This document shows, one piece after another, positions 22,226-34,040 of a stretch of 64,000 nucleotides of DNA (within the stretch, counting starts at the first letter, position 1; each line of letters starts with the position of its first letter). A program made the position numbers and the translations under genes. The stretch is from Octopus sinensis (Eukaryota): positions 61,628,001 through 61,692,000 of the forward strand of contig NC_043010.1 in NCBI RefSeq assembly GCF_006345805.1, read 5' to 3'. Under the pieces are notes generated by a model that was given only the letters and a program-made list of their open reading frames with translations, did no database searches and was not told the origin of the DNA.

Positions 22226-24516
22226 TAATTAACTAGCTTCTCTTTCTTCCTTGCGATGACTCATGCCAACAAATACAATAGACAGACCGAGAAAATATGC
22301 TAATATATACACAGATTGGATTTCTCTCTTCTAAACACTTAGCCATTATATTTCAGTCGGTCGATAATCCTGTATTGTTTTTGCTTTAGGAATGTTTATG
22401 GTTAAATATCCTTTCATTAACGCTCAATTCGGACAGTTTTTTCATAAAACATGTCTCATCATATATTATTTTAAAGTTAAAACAAAAACTATGATTCCGT
22501 AAACAGCTAAGCAGTCACAAGGGATAAATTCAACGAAATTTCTGGAAGACATCCATTATAATTTCATTATATACTCCCCAGACTCAATTTCGTTTCAGTG
22601 TGTGTGTGTCCCACGACATTATGACATAGAATTAAATTAAGAAAAAGATGTGGCATCTTTTATTTTATTTTTTACTATTTTGGAGTAAGATTTAGTATGT
22701 CCAAACAGTTAAGACATTGGCTCCGCGACAACGAGATCTCGTGTTCGATCCCACTGCGTGACAACTTGGGCAGATGTCATTTTCTATAGCCTTGGATTTG
22801 ACCCATGTCCTGTGAGTGAAATTGGAGAGACGGAAGCTGTATAAAAGACCGTCGGGTGGACTGCTCCTGCAATTCCAATAGTACGCAGCATCACGTTGAT
22901 TTCTACCCACGGATTTTTGTAATCTGCGCGAAATGCTCAGTTTAAGTTAGGAGCCAGTCATTCAGTTGAGTGAATTCTCTTTAAGAAATATGAAGACCAT
23001 GAAATGGTAACAGTGGACATTATGCTGAAAGAGAAATCTTTAAGTGAGCGTTCTTACATGCAAAATACATATATTGATGGTATAGTCTGACATACGTTAA
23101 ATCGTGAGTTGAATACTTTGGTTCAACTGCGATGTTTTCAAGTAATTTGTAGACAAAACCTTCCTCTAAGGGAGTTTTAAAATATAAAACCAACAAAAAA
23201 AGAGAAATAACTCTTGCGAGTCTAAATCGAGTTGAGATTGACTCGGTCTTTCTTCTAAGTAAATTAAATTCCAGTGAAGAACTATTAAGTATTTATTCTT
23301 CTACAACCCCATCAGCCGATGATGTTGTATGTATTTTATAAATATTGGTAGAATCGTTTGAGCGCCTGACAAATACTATGTAGGACTTGCTCTGGACCTC
23401 GACTTTCTTGACGTTTTAAGTTCAAATACCGTCAAAGTAGACTTCTTTTCACCCTTCCGGGGTCGATAAAATGAAGTACCAGTCAAGTATTGGAGTCAAT
23501 GTAATCAACCTGCTCTTTCAATCGGATCTGCTGGCCTTGTGCCACAAATGAGAAATAATTATTATTGTCTAAGGCGGAAAGCCAATACAATCGTTAGTGC
23601 GTCGGACAAAATGCATAGATCTCTTTTGACTCGTTACGGTCTTAGTTCAGATTCCACCAAAGTCAACTTTACCTTCCATCCTTTCAGGATTGACAAAATA
23701 AAGAACTAGTTGTTGAGCACTGTAGTCGATGTAATCGACTTTCCCTCTTCCCTCAGAATTGCTGGCTTTGTACCAAAATTTGAAGCCCACATTATTGTCC
23801 AAAGTGCCATCAACTCTCTTATCCTGCAAGGACTTAACCAACCACCAGTGCTCTCACTAACTGCTACAAATAGCAAGTAATTTCTGTTAAATTACACACA
23901 GCTTTATTTTATTCTTTTAAGGAAAAAGCTAGTATTGTATACAATGTAGAAGGTCTGTGATTGATCATAAGTTTTCATAAGAGCCGAATTAAGGCGAAGC
24001 AACAACATCAGTTTGGTTAAGAATCTGGCGTTAAGCCGTCGCCCTGTCTAACACGCTCGTCTGGCTCTTGGCTGACTTTGGTAGAGTTTCATCTTTGTAA
24101 ACCTACAGAACATGTCTCCAGTTCAAGGATAATTTCCAAGCTGTAGTCTGTTGTCTGCCTCCCAGTTCCAGATGTCACAGATACTGACCTTCCTCGTGTG
24201 ACACGCCATAAGAAAAAGATGTCAAATTATAAGAAACGTATAATAGTGTGTCGCTGTCACATTGATAGTCGTGGTGCAGAGGTTTGGGTGTGATGTCTGT
24301 GTTTAGTGAAAAAAGAAAACGTCAGCGACAAATGAAGAGAAATGATTCCAGATGGAGATTGAAACATCCCCCTTGTATTAAAAATCCCATTCATGTCTAC
24401 AATGGATTATAGAAAAATAAATCGATACAGACAGTTTTAACTGTGGCATTTATTTTATCGACACTACAGGGTGGTCCAAAAGTCTAGTTAACCCCTTACA
24501 TAGTGTTTATCATTGT

Positions 24517-24655
24517 TATTACCCCCGCCTTCGCTAAAGCGGGGGTATTGTTTTCAGTCGTGTTTGTTTGTTATTTTTTTGTCCGTGGACAAGATATCTC
24601 AAGAACCGTTGGATGGATTCGGATGAAACCTTCAGGGATATTTGGCCTCGTGAAT
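24517..24655 (+). mobile_element. 5' part of a Helentron-type (HINE) element
   Basis: Hairpin acccccgcctt-cgct-aaagcgggggt followed by sequence homologous to 3670-3760. Confidence 0.6.
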
Positions 24656-26508
24656 GGTTCAACTGGTGCTTATTTTACCGTTCCCGAAAGGATGAATGGC
24701 AAAGTTGACCTCGGAGGAATTTGAACTCGTAACGTAGCGACGGGCGAAATACCGCTAAGCACTTCGCCAGCTCGCCGCCTCAATGTGTTTGAGTTAATAA
24801 TTATTATTTTTAGAATACACACATGTACACGAATATCAAGGAAAAAGGTATAACCAACCAGATCTACCCGAATACTTGGTTTCTCAGAAACTCGACAAAC
24901 TATCGAGGCATTCTCCGTTGTTACTCAAACAATTCTGTCATCCAGAATAAAAACAAGCGGAAGAGTTTGGATCCTAAGTTAATTAGTGTGGTGGTCATGC
25001 CTCTCTACAAGATAATGATTGAATGCATCTGTTCTTGTAGAATCCAGTTAATTGTTGAAAGTTTTGTAGGCCTGAAATTAATCAACAGGAAAAAAAAAAT
25101 TCAGTCAACCCCAATAAGAAAAATTATTTATATAAACAATAAAGGATCTATTCAGTTTCAATCGAAAACTATTATTTGCAAACAGTTTAAACGTCTTTTT
25201 TATGAAAATATAAATAAAATAAAATTTCTCCCATTAACTGAATATCTGTTGAGGATATTATTTTAACAAGTGACATAATTTGGCTTACACCGCTCACATG
25301 TTTTCCGATTCCCAGGTAAACAGTTCCTTATTGTTCTTAATTTCTATTCTGTTAATCCAACGCAATATTTATTTAAATGACTCCACTTAAATAACTTCCT
25401 TCCTCCTTTTGTTTCTGTTATTCCAATAAATCTCCTCTCTTTGAATGCAAACATAGGACTTTAGATAAGTATTTATCCTCAACTCTTTCACTCCCCACGT
25501 TTCGACTGTTGGTCGCCGCAGCCACTCTCTCTTTGCTTTGTCCATATCTTGTTACTTCTATTTAATTACCCTAAATGTTCTTGGGCTGAAATGTTAGTGA
25601 TGATAAACTTTGATAATTATACGGCGACATATTTTGCTAAACTTTGTACTACTATGGGAGTTTTTCATGGCTTATAAACCGGCCGGTCCTTGCAAATACG
25701 GCCATAAACTCAATAGGGTTCATTGAACCTTGCCATGTGCAACCAACTGGGGCATTTGGTATTGAATTGTTGTGTTATTCCTTGTCCCTTTTCTTCTCTT
25801 GGTTTTGGATTTGTGTATTTAATGTGGTTTTGTATTATATATATGTATCATATCACACAGCTATTTCTATAAAAAATAAAACTTTCTTAACATTCACACA
25901 CATTACTCAGTGTGAGAATTATAAGGAGGTGCTTTTAATATCTAGAAAGGGTTTAATCCCTGGCTGCGATCAAATCTTCTCTTCTGGTCGTCTTCGTTGT
26001 AATTGCCAGCTTCTTGTGTTCAGATCCCACTAAAGTCTTTCATCATTTTTGATACCTTTCCAGGGGAGTGGGCTGGTGAAATTCTTAGAGCTTTGGACTA
26101 AGTGCCTTGTGGTGTTTGTTCTGACATTCTGAGTTGTTGGGTGGGTTATCCCCAACCACCTGGTTCCTGGTTGGTAGATTAATCTGTCATCTGGCTTCAC
26201 CCTACCCCACGGTCCCTGACTGGTAGACTAATCTATCATCTGGTTTAATCCCACCATCTGATCCTTGAGTGTCCTCAGCAGGAATCACTCTTCTTGCAAG
26301 CATTAAGGCCGGGACTCTGGTTTCAGAATGACTTTCACTGGTTTCTGAAGACCCTGAAACAATAAAAAACCATCACTGCTACCCATCCTTTCTCTGTTTT
26401 AGCCCCACCAACGACTTTGATGAAATGGAAGTTCTGACATGAAGTGTTGCACTGTTTTGGTGTTGGAGATGTTGATGTCAAATATCTTCATAGAATAGAT
26501 CAAATATT

Positions 26509-26725
26509 CTTTTCTACTCTAGGCACAAGGCCCGAAATTTTGGGAGAGGGGGCCAGTCGATTAGATCAACCACAGTGGGCAACTGGTATGTAATTTATCG
26601 ACCCCGAAAGGATGAAAGGTAAAGTAGACCTCGGCAGAATTTGAACTCAGAACATAAAGACAGACGAAATACCGCTAAGCATTTCGCCCAACGTGCTAAC
26701 ATTTCTGCCAGCTCGCTGCCTTAGT
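26509..26725 (-). mobile_element. tRNA-headed SINE (family A) with 18-bp TSD
   Basis: tagaat(a/t)gatcaaatatt at 26491-26508 and 26726-26743 (1 mismatch). It is followed by an oppositely oriented related copy at ~26750-26962. Confidence 0.85.
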
Positions 26726-27429
26726 TAGAATTGATCAAATATTATTGTTTCTGGCAGAATGGTTAGCATACCAAGCAAATTGCTTAGCATTTTATCTGTT
26801 TTTGTTTTGAGTTTGAATTCCGCCGAGGTTGACTTTGCCTCCTTCCATCCTTTCAAGGTTGATAAAATAAGGACCAGCTGAGCCCTGGGGTCTATGTAAT
26901 TGAGTTATCTCTCCCTCGAAATTGCTGGCCTTGTGCCAAAATGTGAAACCAATATTTATGCTGCTGAAAAAAAAAAGTATAAAGAATGAAAAATGACAAA
27001 AGTGATTAATTAGTCTGTCAGTTAAATTTGTGTGTGATTGTCTTTCTAAGCTTCTGAGGCTGCCATATGTCCAGTGTTTTTCCACATTGCTTCTCCACAG
27101 GCATTTGGCATTGTGGTTAGGATGTTGAAATCATGGATGTAAGATCGTGGTTTCGATTCCAAGACCCTGTGGGGCATTGTGTTCTTGAGCAAAAAACTTC
27201 ATTTCATGTCACTCCAGTCCACTTAGCTATAAATGAGTTCCAGCAATAGTTGGAAAGTTAACCCAGTGGGGAATGTTGTAATCTCAATCATATGCTATGG
27301 AAATCAGGTTGAGGTCCAGCCTCTAGTCTTAGGGCTCAGAAGAGGCCCAGGTCTAAATAAGTCTTCTAAAAATATAGCATGCCAGCCCCTAGGGTCATGT
27401 GGCTCCTGGTTGACAATCATTGCTGTGGA

Positions 27430-27662
27430 GCAAATGTTCTCAACCAGGGTCCAGATGACCCTTTTGAGGTCACGTAAGATTTTGTTTTTAAAATTTATGT
27501 GCAATAAATTGGTTCTACTTCTTCAAAACCCAAAATATTTTAATGACTTTTTTTATACACTTCCTAATAATATTTAATTATAAAAATACGATAAGATTTT
27601 TTTAAACACGAGTAAAGTGGGAATGAAAGGGGTCCACAGGTAAAAAGTCATTGAGAAACTCT
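27430..27662. mobile_element. hAT-Charlie-type MITE
   Basis: Ends caaatgttctcaaccagggtcc and ggggtccac...cattgagaaactc, resembling degenerate CAGTGGTTCTCAACC TIRs. Confidence 0.5.
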
Positions 27663-28194
27663 TAGGGAGTCTTCAGTTCAACAGAGTGGAATAAATATAA
27701 TTCAGTGATTTGGATGATTAGATGTGGCCATTAGAGATACTCTTTAAAATAACACAAATACAGTAGAACCTCAGTTTTTGAACAACTCAGATCACGAATG
27801 AATCATACTTTATCTCTTGTCTTTCTCATATTCATTTAATACAGTAGTACCTCTGTTTACGAATGCTTCTGATCACAAATAAATTGCGCTTTATATCTTT
27901 CTATCTATCTATCTATCTAAATGAAGCATGATTGCCCTTACTGCCGAAACAGCTGTCAGATATGATATAATTACATATTATATTTTATATTTCTATTTCC
28001 TTGTCTAATTATATTTACAATATATTTTGTATAATGCCTTTACTGTTTTGTAATGGTGTAATAAAGTATTGATTGGGTATCATCTGTTGGTTGATGTTTG
28101 ATTGATTTAAGTATGTTTCTCCATTTTCTAATTTTGTAGTATATATATATATCTAAATATATATACACACATATACATCCAAGCATGATCATGC

Positions 28195-28592
28195 TGTAGA
28201 TCGGCTCTCATGCCGGTGACATGTGAAAAGCACCATTCGGGCGTGATCGTTGCCAGCATCGCCTTACTGGCATATGTGCTGGTGGCATGTGTAAAACAAC
28301 ATTCGAGCATGGTCATTGCCAGTGCCACCGGACTGGCTCCCATGCAGGTAGCATGTAAAAAACACATTTTGAGCATGGCCGTTGCCAGAACAACCTGACT
28401 GGCCCTCGTGCCGGTGGCACGTAAAAGTACCCACTACACTCTGGGAGTGGTTGGCATAAGGAAGGGCATCCACCTGTAGAAACTTTGCCAGATCAGAATG
28501 GTGCCTGGTGCTGCCTTCTGGCTTGCCAGCCCTCAGTCAAACTGTCCAACCCATGCCAGCATGGAAAGTGGATCTTAAACGACGATGATGAT
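28195..28592 (+). mobile_element. (ATG)n-tailed retroposon (family C) with internal 66-bp repeats
   Basis: Subunits start at 28212, 28278, 28344 and 28410, followed by the conserved GGAAGGGCATCC body and a taaacgacgatgatgat tail. Confidence 0.8.
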
Positions 28593-29024
28593 ATAAAGAA
28601 CGATTTATTCACAATCAGAGTTGTTCGAAAACCAAGGCACTACTGTATTTAATTCTATTTTCCAGCTGATTTCCCTGCCAACTACCATCACTTCAGTCTT
28701 CTCCGGGCCTCCAACACCCAAAGAAACTCTTGCTGTATTCAATGGAAGTATTTAATGAATCTGCGTTTTGACAAATGCTTCCAACAGGGAAAAGTCTACA
28801 ACCAAACGGCAATTATTTGTCCTGCAGGAAGCATTTTCTCTGTTTATACACTGAATATTTTGTGAAAACCTTTTAACATCAGATATAATTACCTCATTCC
28901 TCCAGAAGTGAAGAACAAGAATCAAAATATTGGTAATAATTATTTGAACCAAAAACTCAACTGTTTTATAAAGTCGAAATCAACAAATATTTGTCATTAA
29001 TTCAGGGAAAACCTTGATAGCTAC

Positions 29025-29648
29025 ATGTCTGATATGGCTTTGACAAGTCAACAGAGAGTTGTTTACAAGAAGGACAAAGAGATTGTTTCCTTAACCTTTG
29101 ATTGTGAAAGTCCGTCTTATTGGCCAATGAAGAAGCTCAATTGTTCAATCTGCCATCGAAGGTTTCATCTCCGCACTACTTTAAACTTACATAAAAAAGT
29201 CCACTTCGCACTAAAGCCGTATACATGTCCAAGCTGTTTTACTCAGTTCCCCACCAAAACACTCTTACACAGACATTCTTCCTCCCACACCAACCTTACG
29301 GAACCCAACTGTTTTCTCTGTAAAAAATTCTTCTCTGACTTTTCCAGTCTGAAAACCCACGAGTTTTTCATGCTTTGTGTGAAACCATTTGAGTGTAATA
29401 AATGTGAGATGAAGTTTACTCTTAAAGCTCAACTTTGGCAGCACCAGAAATTACATAAAATGGCAAATGTTGAAAGGCTCTTTAGATGCGAAACCTGTGG
29501 CAAGAATTTCTACTCCAAAGGTGCTTTCTTTGTCCATAAACGCTGGCACAAGAACAGCCGTCAGCTTTCGTGTGAGCTTTGTCATCAAAGATTTTATCTC
29601 AAGAGTTCTGTGTTTGCTCATAAAATCAAACATTCTTCTTCACCTTAA
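29025..29648 (+). CDS. C2H2 zinc-finger protein (6 fingers, third atypical)
   Basis: 207-aa ORF with six CxxC...HxxxH-type repeats. Acceptor ttcag| at 29004-29005, AATAAA at 29695-29700 and a downstream U-rich element. Confidence 0.9.
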   Translation: MSDMALTSQQRVVYKKDKEIVSLTFDCESPSYWPMKKLNCSICHRRFHLRTTLNLHKKVHFALKPYTCPSCFTQFPTKTLLHRHSSSHTNLTEPNCFLCKKFFSDFSSLKTHEFFMLCVKPFECNKCEMKFTLKAQLWQHQKLHKMANVERLFRCETCGKNFYSKGAFFVHKRWHKNSRQLSCELCHQRFYLKSSVFAHKIKHSSSP

Positions 29649-30117
29649 TGAAAAAAATGATGGAACAAATGATTGTGTGTGTGTAAATATTGTAAATAAA
29701 CATCCTGATTGATTTCAGCTGTTCTTTTTTTTTTGTTTTTGTTTTTTAATATCTTCCAATTGTAATTAACAAGAATCTTACTTTATAATTGCTCTCAGTG
29801 GTTGGGAATCAGAAATAGAAAACTTGATAAATTTGACAAATTTTTTGGAAAGGGCATGGTTGCATAAATTAACCCAAGACATGACTGGTATTTATTTTCT
29901 CTCCTCTGAAGGGCTAAAAGGTGAGCAGATGCCAACAGGATTTGAACTGAGAATATAAAAAGACTTCAGAATAAGTTTCAAGGCATTTTGTCTGCGGCTT
30001 CATTCTGTCATTCATTTCTTGAATAATAACTTGAATCCAGAAGACACAGCTGGAATAATTACCACAAGGTAATTCTTGTTTTAACAATTCAGCCAATTAA
30101 CTTCCTTTATATAACGA

Positions 30118-30386
30118 CGGCTGATGCCAGCGCTGCCTTGACTGTCTTCTGTGCCGGTGGCATGTAAAAAAGCACCAACCGATCGTGGTGGCTGCCAGCC
30201 TCCCCTGGCACGTAAAATGCACCCACTACACTCACAGAGTGGTTGGCGTTAGGAAGGGCATCCAGCTGTAGAAACACTGCCAGATCAGATTGGAGTCTGG
30301 TGCAGCCTCCTGGCTTCCCACACCCCGGTCGAACTGACCAACCCGTGCTAGCATGGAAAACAGACGTTAAACGATGATGATGATGA
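30118..30386 (+). mobile_element. (ATG)n-tailed retroposon (family C)
   Basis: Same body and taaacgatgatgatgatg tail as 28195-28592. Confidence 0.75.
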
Positions 30387-31448
30387 ATAGGGAGCTTACG
30401 GACTCCATGGCTTCTTAAATATAATGGTTATGGTTTTAGCTGGTTTATATTGGTTAAAATAATTCTTCTTACATCTTAGTCATCATCAACATTGAAAGCC
30501 TGTTTTCCATACTGGCATGGGTTGGATGGTTTGGCCAGGGGCTGCACCAGGCTCCATTGCCTGTCCTGGCATGATTTCTATGACTGGATGTCCTTCCTAA
30601 TGCCAACCACTCCACAGACTCTACTAGGTGCTTTTTGTGTGGCACCAACTCTTAAATAATAACTACCTGTATCATAGCTGCCTCAATATAATGATTATAA
30701 TAATCTTACCCAGATCCTAGCTGCCTAAATATAATCATAGTTTTAACATATTCACGGCAGCTGAATGTCTTGGCAATGGATACATACAACAGTACAATCT
30801 GTACTATGCTGGTCAACTGGGTTGTTGATAGTTAAGTGTTGTGTATATTGAGTAATGCCTCACTGTGGTACCTACTTAGAGCCAAGTGGACAGAGTCATT
30901 GATATTTAAGTGGTTTGTACAGCCAAGTTGATGGGGCTGTTGATAGTCAAGTGTTTTGTCCATGGATATAATACATTGAATGATGCACCAATGTGTGGAT
31001 GAGACGGGTAAGTGGGGCAAAATGAGTAATTTCCAATTTCTTATTCTTTTTTTTTCGTTTGAAATTGCTACACAGCTGTGATGAAGTGGGGCAAAATGAG
31101 TAATTTCTGATTTTTTTTTTTATTTGCCTAAAATCACCACTCTACAAGTATTGCACCATCTTTGGGAGTAATATTTGATCAGCATAGTTCTTGTTGAAGC
31201 TGAGAAGGTTTAAAACAGGTGGCAGCTTAACTCTTTTTTTTCTCAAATGTCACCCAGTAGTAATTGAGGTTGCTAATGAAATTATCTGGATAATTTTTGG
31301 TGTTTAACAATCAATATTCTTTTCTCTGTTGGATCCCAAGTCAACTTTTTGCCCAACACTAATGTCTAATTTGAAAGTTTTTCATTTTCTAATGTCTAAA
31401 TTGAGGCAAAATGAGTAATGATTTATTTCAATAATTTTTTTTCTTTAA

Positions 31449-31658
31449 CCCTTTTGTTACTAACCCAGCTCTGGCTCTGTGGTAAAATGTCTTGTTTTCA
31501 TACGTTTGGAATTAAAATATTCCACCAAGCCTTAGTCACAATTTATGTTCCAAACACTAGCTTAATGTTAACTAAGTTGTTTTACTAAATTATTTGTTAT
31601 ATTTAAAATAATTGAAAGAAACACGGTGCATCTCAAAATAAATACAGTAACAAAAGGG
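31449..31658. mobile_element. piggyBac-type MITE (family P1)
   Basis: TTAA-CCCTTTTGTTACT ... AGTAACAAAAGGG-TTAA gives a perfect 13-bp TIR with TTAA TSD. Related copy at 53003-53223. Confidence 0.85.
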
Positions 31659-31943
31659 TTAACAACATTGTGCATAAATATATCAAGAAGATCTTGAAAA
31701 TGCTATTGAGAATATTTCCTGTCATGTGCTATTTTGCCATGATCCTCTTTCATTTGATCTAGATGTTTGAACATTTCTGATTTCTGTGATGTTTAAGGAT
31801 GGATTTTGATGTGTATGAGTCTGTTTTCAAATGTAATTCTGGGGAGAGGAAAACTAACCTTATCTTGGTTTAGTCAACTAAATTTGTCTTTCTTATGCTC
31901 AAAGAGAAAGATAATTTTCTGAAATAGTGTTCTGCAAGCTATT

Positions 31944-32175
31944 GAACATATGGTGTAGTGGTTAAGAGCATGGGCTACCAACCCCAAAATTCTGAGTTCG
32001 ATTCCAGGCAATGACCTGAATAATAATAATAGCAACAACATCGAAAAATACCTTAGGAATGAGAACCCAGGTTCGAAAATTCCCCAAGACATCTGGAGGG
32101 TATATCAACAAACAAGATGAGGACAAATATCCGTCAAATGTAAATAATTCCTCATCTCTTAAATATAGAACTGTA
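31944..32175 (+). mobile_element. tRNA-headed SINE (further family)
   Basis: A-box tggtgtagtgg, B-box gagttcgattcc and an internal (AAT)n. Confidence 0.7.
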
Positions 32176-33164
32176 ATATATTTCTCTTCTCATATTCATA
32201 AAAGGTGTAAATATTACTCATTGTGCCCCACCCCCAGCTACATACAGCCAAGGAGACTGTCCAGAAGAGTTGCAGGAGATTCTGAAGTCATCTTGAGGCT
32301 GTAATTGATCCAATGGCGATTTTATTGAATAAATTTACTCTTTAGTATTTCAAATGAGATGTCAGTGTTATTTTCATTTTTGTGTAGTTTAGATGAGTCT
32401 ATTCACCACACCCTGTATATGTATAGATATTGTATATATACATACATACATTTATAAATAAGATGGGCTTCTTTCGGTTTCCATTTACCAGATCAACTGA
32501 CAAGGCTTTAGTATTCCTGGAACTATAGAAAGCACATGGCCAAGGTACGACTCAGTGGGACTGAACCTGAGACCACAAGGTTGGGGAGCAAACTTCTTAA
32601 CCACACAGCCATAGCCTGAACCTGTGTAAAACAAACACATGCAAAAAAAAAACATAACAATGACCAAAGCCCTGGCCATGCCCCCCCCCCACGATGTATT
32701 TTAGTGAAGAAAGACAGACAAGAAGCTAGATGTGTTTGTTCTCTTTATTTAGCATACTTCACCTTTAAAGAATGAGGGGTTGTGACGTGACACCGCCATA
32801 CAAATCAAAAGTTAAAAGATACTTTTTATGTTTGTCCAAACAGTTTCATTTCATGTGTGGGGCATGTTTGGAGAGGATGACAGACTTCAAACTGGTTGTC
32901 TATTCTTTCAGATACAGTTTCTTGGGGTTTTGAGGGGAGCAGGGGCCGCAAAAAGGAGGGAGGAAGGGAAGAGTAGCAATCCCATTTTCATGGTTTTGTT
33001 ATTTTACCTCTTTTAATATTACACACACAATATGTGAGAGGATGTGTACACGTGTGTATACGGATATACCCACACACAATTGCAGATATATATAAACATG
33101 TGTGTGTGTGTGTGTGTGCCTGTATATATTTTTTATATAATATATACTTGTGTATATATATATA

Positions 33165-33198
<34 letters not shown>

Positions 33199-33258
33199 AT
33201 ATATATATATATATGTGTGTATGTGTGTGTGTGTATGGTTTTATATATATATATATAA

Positions 33259-33480
33259 ATTTAAAGAATAAGGAGAAAATGGAGAGATAATTAATAAAAT
33301 TATTTATTAATTATAAAATTTGACAGCATCTCTGACAGCTGTTTCGATTCAGAAATCTTTAGATAATTAAAGCATAAAATTAAAATGATCATAAGATGAA
33401 TCTCTTGAGAGGTAGTAAGGATATACTGGTGAGAAATACATTTTGAGATAATGGCTCCATTTTCTCCTTATTCTTTAAAT
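33259..33480. mobile_element. MITE-like element with perfect 26-bp TIRs in a (TA)n tract, enclosing a degenerate hammerhead
   Basis: atttaaagaataaggagaaaatggag (33259-33284) is the exact reverse complement of 33455-33480. Confidence 0.8.
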
Positions 33481-33999
33481 ATATAAACATATGAACTACG
33501 GTTTATATGGTTACCTTATAGTTGAACTTTCTGTGGATTGGTAACTAACCAGTATTTTCATTGGATTTATGATCCCTTAATGAGGTTTATCACCTTTACT
33601 TGATATATATATATATATATACATACACACATACATACATATGTTCTTATACATTCAGTTGTTGGACTCTAGCCTTGCTTGGCATCAAATATGTAAATAT
33701 ATATATATATATATATATATATTACACACACATACATATACATGTTTATGATGCAAGAGCAATAAATAAAATCAGTTGGTGGACTTAATTAGTTTATAAG
33801 TAAATTTAGTTAACGAGTCATTAGCCCAAATGACTGTGGTAGATGTGGGGGGGGATAGGTTATTGTGGGTTCAGGACAGTGATGTCTCTGAGAGACGTCA
33901 ACAAACTGGAGAGGGATCAAAGGTAAAACGCTGGCTCTCATTTGTAGGTTTCTATCCCTGGACTATTGAAAACATACCATACATATCTGAACACACACA

Positions 34000-34040
<41 letters not shown>

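Noticed and set aside
24823-26033. 147-aa and 129-aa plus-strand ORFs
   Set aside because: AT-rich, no domain, no convincing splice context, and composition typical of non-coding DNA.
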